Below are positions 27,567 to 36,784 of a stretch of 64,000 bases of DNA, in pieces. Positions within the stretch are counted from its first letter, which is position 1. Every line of letters begins with the position of its first letter. A program made the position numbers and the translations under genes. Under the pieces are notes generated by a model. The model saw only the letters and a program-made list of their open reading frames with translations. It was not told where the DNA came from and ran no database searches. Origin of the DNA: Patescibacteria group bacterium. GTDB taxonomy: Bacteria; Patescibacteriota; Minisyncoccia; Phycocordibacterales; UBA9973. Where the stretch lies: NCBI GenBank assembly GCA_038061925.1, contig JBBTYD010000002.1, forward strand, positions 352 to 64,351, given 5' to 3'.

Positions 27567-29573
27567 TTAATTAACTACCGTGCCCCCAGCCGGCGGGAAT
27601 TGAGGGTCATTGTCTAACTGTGTGCGAAGCGACGTCTTGCTTAATTTCACATCTACATTAGCAAAATCATCATGCCCCGTCAAAACTGCATCATTTAAAA
27701 GAATTGGAATAGTGCCAACTTGAGAAAGTGAAGGAGTAAAGACAATTTGAAAGGAAACGCTTTTGTTTGTGGTAGTGATACCAGCACCTTTCGGGATACT
27801 GCCTATATTCCAAATTATTTCTTTGGTGGAAGAATTATAAGTTAAATCTTCGTCCGAGGGCACTATTAGTCCGACAAAACTTACCCAGGAAGGAATGGAA
27901 GAATGGATAACCGCTTTTGAAATATTATTTGCTGTATTGGAAAGAGACCAGACTATTGTATAAGTTGTTTGTTTCTCAACTTTTGGAGGTATTGAGCCGG
28001 TGTTAGTAAAAAATCCAGAATAATAAAGAACCTTGGACGTAAATCCAACATCAGAAATAATCCGGACTATTCCTGAGTCAGAATTATTTAAATCAGCTGT
28101 GGCATAGCCAGAAACAAGTTGCTTGCCGGAAATAGAGATATTTATATTGATAGAAGGGTCAGAAAGCATCCCGCCTGCAGCCGAGAATAAAGAAAGTGGA
28201 GAAATAGAAAAACTTACAGACCCAGAATCGCCTGGGTTTGCTTCTTTAAAATTATTTACGGAATTTTTATCCCAAGTTATTATATCTTTTAAAGAATCAT
28301 AAAAACCTTGTTGGGCACTGACTGTTTTACGATCAACCGCATTTCCGGAGATTTTTGCCTGAATCGACAAATCATTCACTTTTGTATCTAAATTATTTAT
28401 CCACTTTATTTCGCCACGGATGGGGGTTTTTATGTCTGTCGCGTACTCTCTCCCTGATACGCCATTTATAAAAAGCTTTACCTCGATGAAAGGCTTTTTT
28501 ATTGTAACGGTATAGGGCAGAGAATTAAAAACAACATCAATCATAGACTTATCGGCGCTAGATTGCGACCCGCTAAAGATGTGGAAACTTTTTTCTTCTC
28601 CGTCAACAACATCAATCATTTTACCGGTCAGAGATATATTACGCTCCGCGCCAGAGGCAAGATCTCCTAAATTCCAGGTATTATTGCCAAGAGAGGGAGC
28701 TGGAATAGATGATGCAAATTGAAACCCAACTGGATAATCAAGCTTAAGCAGTATTCTGGAAACTGGTCTTGTAGCGTTAAGTGTCACTTTAATATTGAGA
28801 GTGATATTTTGATTGGGACTTACGGTCAGAGGCGCATTGACAAAAAGATCCAGAGGTGTAGAATTTATGGTAACATTGTAAGATTTTTCTTTTACAAAAA
28901 TAGCATTTGATCCCTCGACTCGATACTCTAGAGAAATTTTTACAGGACGCACGGATCCTGGTTGCCCGAAAAGCACTAATTTTATATTTTCATTGCGTAC
29001 TGCCCCAGCCGGAATCGTACCTAAAGACACACGACTCGTTTCAGTTCTTGCCGATGAATCTGGGCCTGCACTAGAATCCAGAATATCCGAAGATCCCTTT
29101 GGATATTTAATAATAAAATCTGCTAAGTCGAGCGCAGAACTATTTTTATTTGTAACACCAACAACAAGTGACAAGTCTTCTCCACCAGCCGTGAAATTAT
29201 TTCCAAGTATCGAAATATCAATATTATCATTAGACACAGTGTTTCCTTTAGAAAAGAATACATAGGAAGCATATCCCAAAGTGAGGATAAAAAAAACTAA
29301 TGAAAATATAAAAAAATTCTTAAAAATAGAAGTCTTCATAAAAAATTTATCTTGATTGGAAAAAGGGTCAGCTTCAACTTTCTTGCCACTTTCCCATGTA
29401 TCCGGCACGTCTTCTCTATTTAAACGTGTAAAATTATCTTGGTGTTCTATTTTTGTTTGATAATTTTTACTGAAAAGCTTGCCTTTGAGTTCTTCTATTC
29501 TGTTTAGTTTATCCCTATCATTTAATGACATTCTAGAATTGTACCACCTAAAAGAAAAAATCAGAAGAAGCAT
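27567..29573 (-). CDS. Large hypothetical membrane-anchored extracytoplasmic protein
   Basis: 668 aa. One TM segment (FFIFSLVFFILTLGYASYVFF) after an about 80-aa cytoplasmic N-terminus, then an Asn/Ser/Thr-rich beta-rich ectodomain. The start is possibly at the internal Met (MSLNDRD). Confidence 0.5.
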   Translation of the reverse strand: MLLLIFSFRWYNSRMSLNDRDKLNRIEELKGKLFSKNYQTKIEHQDNFTRLNREDVPDTWESGKKVEADPFSNQDKFFMKTSIFKNFFIFSLVFFILTLGYASYVFFSKGNTVSNDNIDISILGNNFTAGGEDLSLVVGVTNKNSSALDLADFIIKYPKGSSDILDSSAGPDSSARTETSRVSLGTIPAGAVRNENIKLVLFGQPGSVRPVKISLEYRVEGSNAIFVKEKSYNVTINSTPLDLFVNAPLTVSPNQNITLNIKVTLNATRPVSRILLKLDYPVGFQFASSIPAPSLGNNTWNLGDLASGAERNISLTGKMIDVVDGEEKSFHIFSGSQSSADKSMIDVVFNSLPYTVTIKKPFIEVKLFINGVSGREYATDIKTPIRGEIKWINNLDTKVNDLSIQAKISGNAVDRKTVSAQQGFYDSLKDIITWDKNSVNNFKEANPGDSGSVSFSISPLSLFSAAGGMLSDPSININISISGKQLVSGYATADLNNSDSGIVRIISDVGFTSKVLYYSGFFTNTGSIPPKVEKQTTYTIVWSLSNTANNISKAVIHSSIPSWVSFVGLIVPSDEDLTYNSSTKEIIWNIGSIPKGAGITTTNKSVSFQIVFTPSLSQVGTIPILLNDAVLTGHDDFANVDVKLSKTSLRTQLDNDPQFPPAGGTVVN

Positions 29574-29601
29574 CTAATTTCTTGTAATTTAATATCTCCA
29601 T

Positions 29602-30183
29602 CTATAAATGTGTCTCTTTAAGCGCCTTGTTTATTTGGCGCAATACCTTGGTCCTATCTCTGGAAACTTCAAACACTAGATTTTCCTCAAACGGAGATTT
29701 GATAAGATTTTGGAGTATTTCATTTTCGCCTATATATCCCAAATTATTTAGTATACGCAAAATGATAATTGTTTCAATATTAAGCAAGTCTTCTTTTGTT
29801 ACGCTTTTTTCTAAAATAAATAGACCTTGGAGTAAATCAACAAACAGGGCTTCATTCGGTTCAATGCCGGCCAGTAGACGTTTTAATAAGCGCGCAATAT
29901 TCGCAAAAATTTTAAAAGTTTCCGGTGTTTTAATAATTTGTTCTAACACATTTGTTTTTGATGCATTCGTCACCCGAAAGATATTCCTACCTTGCACGAA
30001 ATCAATTTTAAGATATGCAAAATCTTGCAAAACAAAACGCAATTTTGAAGACATCTTCCGCACCCCCGAGGCCGTGGCCGTGATCATACCCAAATTACGA
30101 GTAAAAATAGAATAATATTTTCCGGCTTCGCCAAAATTACGACTGTCTAATATTATTCCTTCTGTGTGAAAAATGTGGTGCAT
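29602..30183 (-). CDS. recO: DNA repair protein RecO (short)
   Basis: 193 aa. N-terminal OB-fold pattern M..TEGIILDSRNFGEAGKYYSIFTRNLGMITATASGVRK...LQDFAYLKIDFVQG matches RecO. Confidence 0.7.
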   Translation of the reverse strand: MHHIFHTEGIILDSRNFGEAGKYYSIFTRNLGMITATASGVRKMSSKLRFVLQDFAYLKIDFVQGRNIFRVTNASKTNVLEQIIKTPETFKIFANIARLLKRLLAGIEPNEALFVDLLQGLFILEKSVTKEDLLNIETIIILRILNNLGYIGENEILQNLIKSPFEENLVFEVSRDRTKVLRQINKALKETHL

Positions 30184-30188
30184 GAGAA

Positions 30189-30695
30189 TTACAATGAATG
30201 ACCTATCGGATTTGCAATGGGTTTTGTTAAACTTTTTATATCATTGGTATTAATCAGAAAAATACCAAGTTTGCCCTCAAGAGTATACAGAGTCACGTGG
30301 GTAGGTGGATATTCTACCTCTAATCCATATTTTTTATTTATAATTTCAAAGAATTTATCCAGATTTAACACTTTACACATAACGACTACTGTTTTTAGAT
30401 CATTTTTTTCAGCAAATCTAAATTCCTCAGTATAATTTAAAATATCTATATCATTTTTTTCTACAAAATCACAAAAATCTGTCACTACTAAATTTTTAAA
30501 GTCAGGAATTGAGATCTTGTATTTTTTTATAATTTCACTAATACACACCAAACTAACATGAAAAGAGGACTTTAATGATAATGTATTGTTATCTATTCCC
30601 ACTTCTTTCGGTAAATTTTCTAATGAAACTGGTAATCCAATAGTATTGGTTGCTGAAATTGTATATTTATTGCCACAAATAAATTTTCTTTCCAT
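30189..30695 (-). CDS. 2H phosphoesterase superfamily protein (LigT/ThpR-like 2',3'-cyclic phosphodiesterase candidate)
   Basis: 168 aa with two H-x-[ST]-x motifs about 88 residues apart (SFHVSLV ... PTHVTLY), the hallmark of 2H phosphoesterases. The size matches LigT (~180 aa). Confidence 0.5.
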   Translation of the reverse strand: MERKFICGNKYTISATNTIGLPVSLENLPKEVGIDNNTLSLKSSFHVSLVCISEIIKKYKISIPDFKNLVVTDFCDFVEKNDIDILNYTEEFRFAEKNDLKTVVVMCKVLNLDKFFEIINKKYGLEVEYPPTHVTLYTLEGKLGIFLINTNDIKSLTKPIANPIGHSL

Positions 30696-30732
30696 TCTTC
30701 TATTTTATCACAAAATTAAGAATTAAAGAAAA

Positions 30733-30776
30733 CAACCAAAGGTACTATTGTCTGCGATAGCGAAGTTTAGTACCTT
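30733..30776 (-). terminator. Hairpin with a conserved GCGATAGCG-containing loop (copy A)
   Basis: Minus strand GAAAGGTACTaaacttCGCTATCGCagacaatAGTACCTTT: 9-bp stem, downstream of paralog B and upstream of the 2H gene. Confidence 0.5.
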
Positions 30777-30783
30777 TCTCAGA

Positions 30784-31257
30784 TTAACTAATTCTTGAAA
30801 TCTTAAGCATTTTCAAATGGTCTTGAAGCTTTATTTTCTTAATATAATCAAGAAACTCTTTTGGTAACGGAGAAGGTCCTCGCCAGACGCTTTTCTGAAT
30901 TAGAACATAGTTAAATTTTTTGAGATGCCACCTAAGCCATTCCCTCTCAGCTTTTTTAGCCTCTGGTATATCAAACATAATTAGCAAATTTTTAGAGTCA
31001 TTTTTTAAGAAAGGAGAATTGAATTGGATTAAAGAATCATATTTTTCTGCAAGATACTTTTTTCCTTTGGAGGTCAAAAACCATGCAGAACCACTCTTGG
31101 CGATATATTTTTTCTTTCTTAATTGGCTGATTCCAGATTTAAGAGATCCATATTTATACAAAGATAATTTTGGCAAACCAAATAAATTCACATGCGTACC
31201 TTTGTAAGGGATGGTAGTATGACTTAATTCTTCTAAAATGTTCGATATGATAGACAT
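30784..31257 (-). CDS. Hypothetical: winged helix plus Cas2/VapD-like (PaaX-like) core, paralog B
   Basis: 157 aa. ...WFLTSKGKKYL...NLLIMFDIPEAKKAEREWLRWHLKKFNYVLIQKSVWRGP. It is homologous to CDS 25518..26120. Confidence 0.5.
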   Translation of the reverse strand: MSIISNILEELSHTTIPYKGTHVNLFGLPKLSLYKYGSLKSGISQLRKKKYIAKSGSAWFLTSKGKKYLAEKYDSLIQFNSPFLKNDSKNLLIMFDIPEAKKAEREWLRWHLKKFNYVLIQKSVWRGPSPLPKEFLDYIKKIKLQDHLKMLKISRIS

Positions 31258-31282
31258 AAATATATTATATAGAAAAAATAAA

Positions 31283-31325
31283 AAGGTAGCAAACTCAGCG
31301 ATAGCGTATTTCAGTACCTTTCTAT
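31283..31325 (-). terminator. Hairpin with a conserved GCGATAGCG-containing loop (copy B)
   Basis: Minus strand GAAAGGTACTgaaataCGCTATCGCtgagtttgcTACCTTTTT, downstream of ileS and upstream of paralog B, followed by TATAAT. Confidence 0.5.
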
Positions 31326-31437
31326 TTTACCACATTAAATTTATTTAATAATTTTTATCAGATCCTCTGACGTGTTAACAATTTTTACAGGTTCTGCTTG
31401 CAACTTCTTCTGATTCAAAAAGAATTAACTTCATCTT

Positions 31438-34400
31438 TTATTTTTCAATTTTTACCTTAAAAACCAATTCATCTATTTTAATTTCTTTGCCATCATTTTT
31501 TTTAAATTCTAGCTCAGATGCCAGAACAGTTTTTTTTAGATCAGCTTCAAATTTTTTTATCAATTTTTTACCCAAGTCATTTGTTTCAAAAGTGAGTGAA
31601 ACAATATCGTTTGGCGTCAATCCAATTTCTTTCCTCATATCTTGTAAAGCCCGCGCCAATTCGCGATAGTTCCCTTCTTGTTTTAATTCCGGAGTTATGT
31701 TTATGTCAAGAACAACTTCGGCTTTGATATTTTTATTCTGTTTTACTTCTTTTACGTTCAATTCATCTTTTAAAAGCTTAATATATTCTTCTCCTAAGTC
31801 AAAATTTTTAACTTCCAATTTATTTAGGGGCTGACGAACTTGAATTTTTTCTTTTTGACGAGCTTCAAGCCCAAAAGAAGCAATAGCGCGAACTATTCTC
31901 ATTTCATCTATGATTTTTCTATTTATTTTCCCCGCTTCTGGCCATTTTCCCAAATGCACGCTTTCTGCATCTTTCTCGTTTTTCAATTTCAACCAGATAT
32001 CTTCCGCCGTGAATGGTGCAAAAGGAGCCATAATTTTAGCCACAGTTTTTAAAATAAAATATAAAGTTTGTTTGGCCTCGCCCGGAGATCTACGGCCGAG
32101 AGCTTTTTTGCCCTCTTCCTTGATTCGCTCACGAGAACGACGCAAGTACCAGATCGAAAGATCTTCTATAAAATTTTCAATCGGGCGAGAAGCTTCATTT
32201 ATATCGTATGTTTCCATGCCATCTGTAACTTCACTTATTAGTTGATTCAGGCGCGCCAAAATCCACTGATCGAGCATATTAGAACTGAACTTTGAATTAC
32301 CAGTCGCAATTTCTAGCGAACGATCACGGTACAATTCATAAAAAGAAACCACATTACCAAGTCGTCCTATTATTTTGCTCGAAATTTCTTGGACCGATTT
32401 TTCTGAAAAATTCACATCTTCTCCTTTCATTAACGGACTAGTCATTAAATAAATACGCAATGCATCAACCCCGTATTTGTCTATAAATATCCACGGATCC
32501 GGATAGTTCTTTTTTGATTTTGATATTTTTTGACCATCCGAAGCAAGGAGGGTGCCAGTCGTGACAACATTGTCAAATGGCGCGTGCTTAAAAAGAACAG
32601 TGGAAAGAACATGAGTATAGTAAAACCACGTTCTGGTCTGAGCAATATATTCAGCCACGAAACCAGCCGGAAAATTATTTTTCTGCCAATCCGGATTCTC
32701 AAATGGATAATGATCTTGAGCAAAAGGCATAGAGCCAGATTCGAACCAAGAATCAAGAACTTCCGGCACTCTCTTCATTTCGGATTGGCAATGGCAGATA
32801 AGTTTCAGGTTGTCGATATAGGGTCGATGATAATCAAGTTCATAATCGGAATTATGTGGAATAGGAATAAAATTAACGACTCTATATTCCGCATTTGCAA
32901 AAAGATGAAATTGGCCAGACACTCCTTTCTCAACTTCTTCTGAATGTCTGAATAATCCGCCAGTCATAGAAATAGACTCATTGACATTATATCCATTCAA
33001 TATAGAAAAAAGCATCCAAAGCGGAGCCCCGTGTGAAATTATTAGTATATTTTTGTTCTGGTATTTTTCTTCAAATTCATAAAAGATATTTCCGACTCTC
33101 TTTTTCACATCAAGCAATGATTCTCCGCCATGAATCGGATTTAAAAACCTTTCTCTGGCGTTTTTAAACATACTCTTATACTCATCCCAAGGTTTGCCTT
33201 CAAAATCTCCCGCATCTAATTCTCCCAATCTTTTATCAAAAATCACTTGCTCATCTTTTAACCCCAAGCTTTCTTTTAAAACATGGAACGTCTCGCGAGT
33301 ACGCATAAAAGGCGAAACAAAAACAAGATCAATATTTTTATTTTTTAATTCTTTGGCAGTTTTTTGCACTTGTTCCTCTCCATTTTTCGTCAAATGGTCG
33401 ATATTTTCCACCAGAGAAGAGACGACGCCATGCAGATTGCTTTTGACATTACTTTCTGCTTCCCCATGGCGCATCACAAAATATTTATTATTGGACTTTT
33501 TTGTTTTGGCTTTCAGATCGGAAAGAGAACCGATAAAAATTTTCTCCGCGCATTTTAGACACTTCCAAACAGGCAAGGGTGAAGCCCAGTAACGGTTTCT
33601 GGAGACATTCCAATCAGGCGCATTTTCAACTATATTTTTAAATCTTCCTTCTTTTAAATGTGGAGGAACCCAGCGCATTGCATTCGCTTTTTGAATTATT
33701 TGTTTCTTGACTTTTTGAATATTTATAAACCAAGAAGACAACGCATAATAAATAATTGGCGTGTCACAACGCATACAATGTGGATATGAATGGATTATTT
33801 TTTCTTTCTCAAAATAGGCTCCTGTTTTTTGTAAATATTTAATCACTTCAATGTCCGCCCGCAGATGAGCGTCTTTGTCTTCCGGCGTATCTTTCGGTTT
33901 TACTTTCAAGCCGGCAAAATCCGTCACTTCCTTTTTAAATCTACCTGTCTCATCCACGTGAATAATCCAAGGGAGGTCATTCTGCTTGGCGAGATTCATA
34001 TCGTCTTCTCCGAAAGCGGACGCTTCGTGCGCCAGACCCGTGCCTTTTTCGGTAGTCACAAAGTCCGCATGCCAAACTTTCCAAATATTTTTTTTATTCG
34101 GCAGATCAATATTTTGATAATATGGGAAAACCGGTTTGTATTTTTTGCCCAATAAATCTTTTCCTTTAACTTCACCCAATATAGAATATTCCTTATCTTT
34201 CAACACGCTTTGCAATGTTTCTTGGGCCAGAATCAACATATTGTTCCCTATTTTTATTTTTACATAAGAAATATCTTTATTGACCGCAATCGCGGTATTC
34301 CCGGGCAAAGTCCATGGAGTCGTAGTCCACGTAAGAAAGTATGTACCGGGTTCATCTTCCAACTCAAATTTTACATAAACAGAAATATCCGTAATATCTT

Positions 34401-35004
34401 TATAACTGTTATCCATCGCTATTTCAGAGTTCGCTATGGGTGTTTCACACCTCGCGCAATAAGCCAAAACCTTCACCCCCTCATAAATAAGACCTTTTTT
34501 ATTTAATTCACTAAATGCCCACCAAACGGATTCAATAAAAGTATTGTCCATCGTTTTGTAACCACCGCGAAAATCCACCCATCTTCCGATGCGCTCTACC
34601 CCGCTTTCCCATTTTTTGTCATATTGTAAAACTTTACTGCGCGCGTGTTCCACAAAAAGATCTATGCCAAACTTTTCTATCTCCTGATGTCCAGCAATAT
34701 TCAAATCTTTTTCAACAATATTCTCAATCGGCAAACCATGACAATCCCAACCCCATTTTCTAAGAACACGATAGCCTCTCATGGTTTGATAGCGCGCGAT
34801 CGCATCTTTGGCTGTACTACCTAAAATATGTCCATAATGCATGAGCCCGGTGGCAAAAGGCGGGCCATCATAAAAAACATAGTTGCCTTTCGGAGCCTTT
34901 TTAATCAAAGACTTTTCAAAAATTTTATTTTCTTTCCAAAACTTCAAAACAGCTTCTTCGCGAAGAGCCACCTCTGACTTTTTTGTTGTACTTTTATTTT
35001 CCAT
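31438..35004 (-). CDS. ileS: Isoleucyl-tRNA synthetase with an embedded histidine-phosphatase (PGAM-like) domain
   Basis: Class I core (PPFATGLMHYGHIL, CP1 editing domain, KISKSKKN = KMSKS). A continuous in-frame ~180-aa segment KYFVMRHGEAESN...SPFMRTRETF...ILIISHGAPLWML (RHG, R and SHG catalytic motifs of histidine phosphatases) sits between the zinc-knuckle cysteine pairs CLKC and CHC. The start is taken at Met-10 (MENKSTTKK), 5 nt after the argS stop. Confidence 0.9.
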   Translation of the reverse strand: MENKSTTKKSEVALREEAVLKFWKENKIFEKSLIKKAPKGNYVFYDGPPFATGLMHYGHILGSTAKDAIARYQTMRGYRVLRKWGWDCHGLPIENIVEKDLNIAGHQEIEKFGIDLFVEHARSKVLQYDKKWESGVERIGRWVDFRGGYKTMDNTFIESVWWAFSELNKKGLIYEGVKVLAYCARCETPIANSEIAMDNSYKDITDISVYVKFELEDEPGTYFLTWTTTPWTLPGNTAIAVNKDISYVKIKIGNNMLILAQETLQSVLKDKEYSILGEVKGKDLLGKKYKPVFPYYQNIDLPNKKNIWKVWHADFVTTEKGTGLAHEASAFGEDDMNLAKQNDLPWIIHVDETGRFKKEVTDFAGLKVKPKDTPEDKDAHLRADIEVIKYLQKTGAYFEKEKIIHSYPHCMRCDTPIIYYALSSWFINIQKVKKQIIQKANAMRWVPPHLKEGRFKNIVENAPDWNVSRNRYWASPLPVWKCLKCAEKIFIGSLSDLKAKTKKSNNKYFVMRHGEAESNVKSNLHGVVSSLVENIDHLTKNGEEQVQKTAKELKNKNIDLVFVSPFMRTRETFHVLKESLGLKDEQVIFDKRLGELDAGDFEGKPWDEYKSMFKNARERFLNPIHGGESLLDVKKRVGNIFYEFEEKYQNKNILIISHGAPLWMLFSILNGYNVNESISMTGGLFRHSEEVEKGVSGQFHLFANAEYRVVNFIPIPHNSDYELDYHRPYIDNLKLICHCQSEMKRVPEVLDSWFESGSMPFAQDHYPFENPDWQKNNFPAGFVAEYIAQTRTWFYYTHVLSTVLFKHAPFDNVVTTGTLLASDGQKISKSKKNYPDPWIFIDKYGVDALRIYLMTSPLMKGEDVNFSEKSVQEISSKIIGRLGNVVSFYELYRDRSLEIATGNSKFSSNMLDQWILARLNQLISEVTDGMETYDINEASRPIENFIEDLSIWYLRRSRERIKEEGKKALGRRSPGEAKQTLYFILKTVAKIMAPFAPFTAEDIWLKLKNEKDAESVHLGKWPEAGKINRKIIDEMRIVRAIASFGLEARQKEKIQVRQPLNKLEVKNFDLGEEYIKLLKDELNVKEVKQNKNIKAEVVLDINITPELKQEGNYRELARALQDMRKEIGLTPNDIVSLTFETNDLGKKLIKKFEADLKKTVLASELEFKKNDGKEIKIDELVFKVKIEK
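32962..33489 (-). other. Histidine phosphatase (phosphoglycerate-mutase-like) domain inserted within ileS
   Basis: Residues ~515-690 of the IleRS ORF: RHGEAESN ... RTRET ... SHGAPL. Confidence 0.8.
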
Positions 35005-35008
35005 TCTA

Positions 35009-36733
35009 TTACATCTTCTCCGGGACAACAATACCGAGCAGATGGAGGCCTGTTTTCATCACGAAAGTAAAGGCATAGGTTAAAGCCACTTTGTAGGCTG
35101 AAGTTTTATCTCTCTTGTCCACGATGGATATATTGCCATAAAAACTATTAAACGCGCGGGCCACTTCTATCAAATAATTCGCAATGTAATGCGGTTCATA
35201 TTCTCTCGCCGATCGTAACACGATTTCAGGAAATCGGTATAATAATTTTTCTACTTCAAAAATTTCAGGCGGGAAAGCCTGAGGGTCTGGAAGGATATCT
35301 TCCTTTTTCGCTTTTTCCAAAACGGAATTTGCGCGAACGTAAGAATATTGCAGATACGGGCCAGAATCTCCTTCAAAAGAAATAGATTCTTCAAAATTAT
35401 AAATAATGTCTCCACCAGTTGCTTGCTTGAGCACTGAATATTTTATGGCCGAGACGCCGACATCGGAAGCAATTTTCTTTCTTTCTTTTTCAGAAAAATT
35501 ACGCTCTTTTATTTTTTCTCCGATTAGTGAAATAGTGTCTCGAATGAGCGACTCTCCAGTCACCGTGTTGCCTTTGCGAGAACTCATTTTACCATCAGCC
35601 AACTTCATCATCCCATGGGTTATATGAAACATTTTTTTCTCATGCTCAGGATGAATTAAGGAAATAACTTTGGCAACCACTTTCATATAATCCGCTTGTT
35701 CATTGGCAGTAACAACAATTGATAAATTCATATCCGGGTCTGTATTAAATTTCTCTTCTGTTAATCCCAGCTCTTTAGTCTCATAAGTGGGCAAACCCTC
35801 CGAAGTGATAAAAACTCGAGTGTGTAGCTTCGGATCATGTTTTTCAGCCTTAAATACAATAGCCCCGTCTGACTTTTCAAAAACTTTGCCTAAATTATCT
35901 TTAACAATCCTCTCCCCAATCGGCGCCATCTGGCTCTCTAGGAAATAGAATTCGAATTTTGTACCGAGAACTCTATATAAATCTTCGAAGGCTTTCATTG
36001 TCACCTTGAAACCCCAATTATATATTTCATTTATTTTTTTGTCAGTTTTATCATAAATTTTTTTATTTATCTTATCTATTTCTTTTTTTGCCACAAGCTG
36101 ACTGACCGAATTACTTTCATAAGCTTGGGCGCCTTGCGTGTAAGCTTTTCCTATGTTGGCCGCTTGGATAATAGAAGAGCTTTTTTTGTCTTGTAATTTT
36201 TTATCTTTCAAAAGACTATATATGGCTTTCGCCACATGAAGCCCAACATCGCCCTGATAATTGGCCCGAGACACTTCCGCTCCTGAATGTTCTAAGATTC
36301 TCGCCATTGATTCACCAATCGCGTTTGTCATCAAATGCCCAATATGAAAAGGTTTAAAAGGATTCGGGTCGGTATATTCAATCATTATTTTCTGGTCAAT
36401 CAAAACATCATTTTTCCCAACATTTTCTCCCTTATTCAAAATTTCTTCAACATTTTCAGCAAAAAATTTACGGGCTAAAAAAAAATTTATAAAACCTGGG
36501 TCGGCCAGATCTATTTTTCCAATTTCTTTTGACAATTTTTTTTCGAGTTCTCTTTTTATTTTCTCCGCCAGTTCTTTTGGATTTATTTTTGATTTTTTAG
36601 CACAAACCATAGCCACATTCGTGGAGTAATCTCCATTTTTAAAATCTTCCGGATGTTCCACCACAAAATTAGATTCTTCTATTTTCAGATTTCTAAGAAT
36701 TTTTTTTATTAAATTTTTTATTTTTTCTGGCAT
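35009..36733 (-). CDS. argS: Arginyl-tRNA synthetase
   Basis: 574 aa. N-terminal Arg_tRNA_synt_N-like domain, HIGHLMTNAIGESMARILE (HIGH), KMSSRKGNTV (KMSKS-like), and a C-terminal DALR anticodon-binding domain. Confidence 0.9.
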   Translation of the reverse strand: MPEKIKNLIKKILRNLKIEESNFVVEHPEDFKNGDYSTNVAMVCAKKSKINPKELAEKIKRELEKKLSKEIGKIDLADPGFINFFLARKFFAENVEEILNKGENVGKNDVLIDQKIMIEYTDPNPFKPFHIGHLMTNAIGESMARILEHSGAEVSRANYQGDVGLHVAKAIYSLLKDKKLQDKKSSSIIQAANIGKAYTQGAQAYESNSVSQLVAKKEIDKINKKIYDKTDKKINEIYNWGFKVTMKAFEDLYRVLGTKFEFYFLESQMAPIGERIVKDNLGKVFEKSDGAIVFKAEKHDPKLHTRVFITSEGLPTYETKELGLTEEKFNTDPDMNLSIVVTANEQADYMKVVAKVISLIHPEHEKKMFHITHGMMKLADGKMSSRKGNTVTGESLIRDTISLIGEKIKERNFSEKERKKIASDVGVSAIKYSVLKQATGGDIIYNFEESISFEGDSGPYLQYSYVRANSVLEKAKKEDILPDPQAFPPEIFEVEKLLYRFPEIVLRSAREYEPHYIANYLIEVARAFNSFYGNISIVDKRDKTSAYKVALTYAFTFVMKTGLHLLGIVVPEKM

Positions 36734-36784
36734 TTACAATTTTAGCGATTTTTTGATAAAAATTTTTTTAAAAACATTATTATA

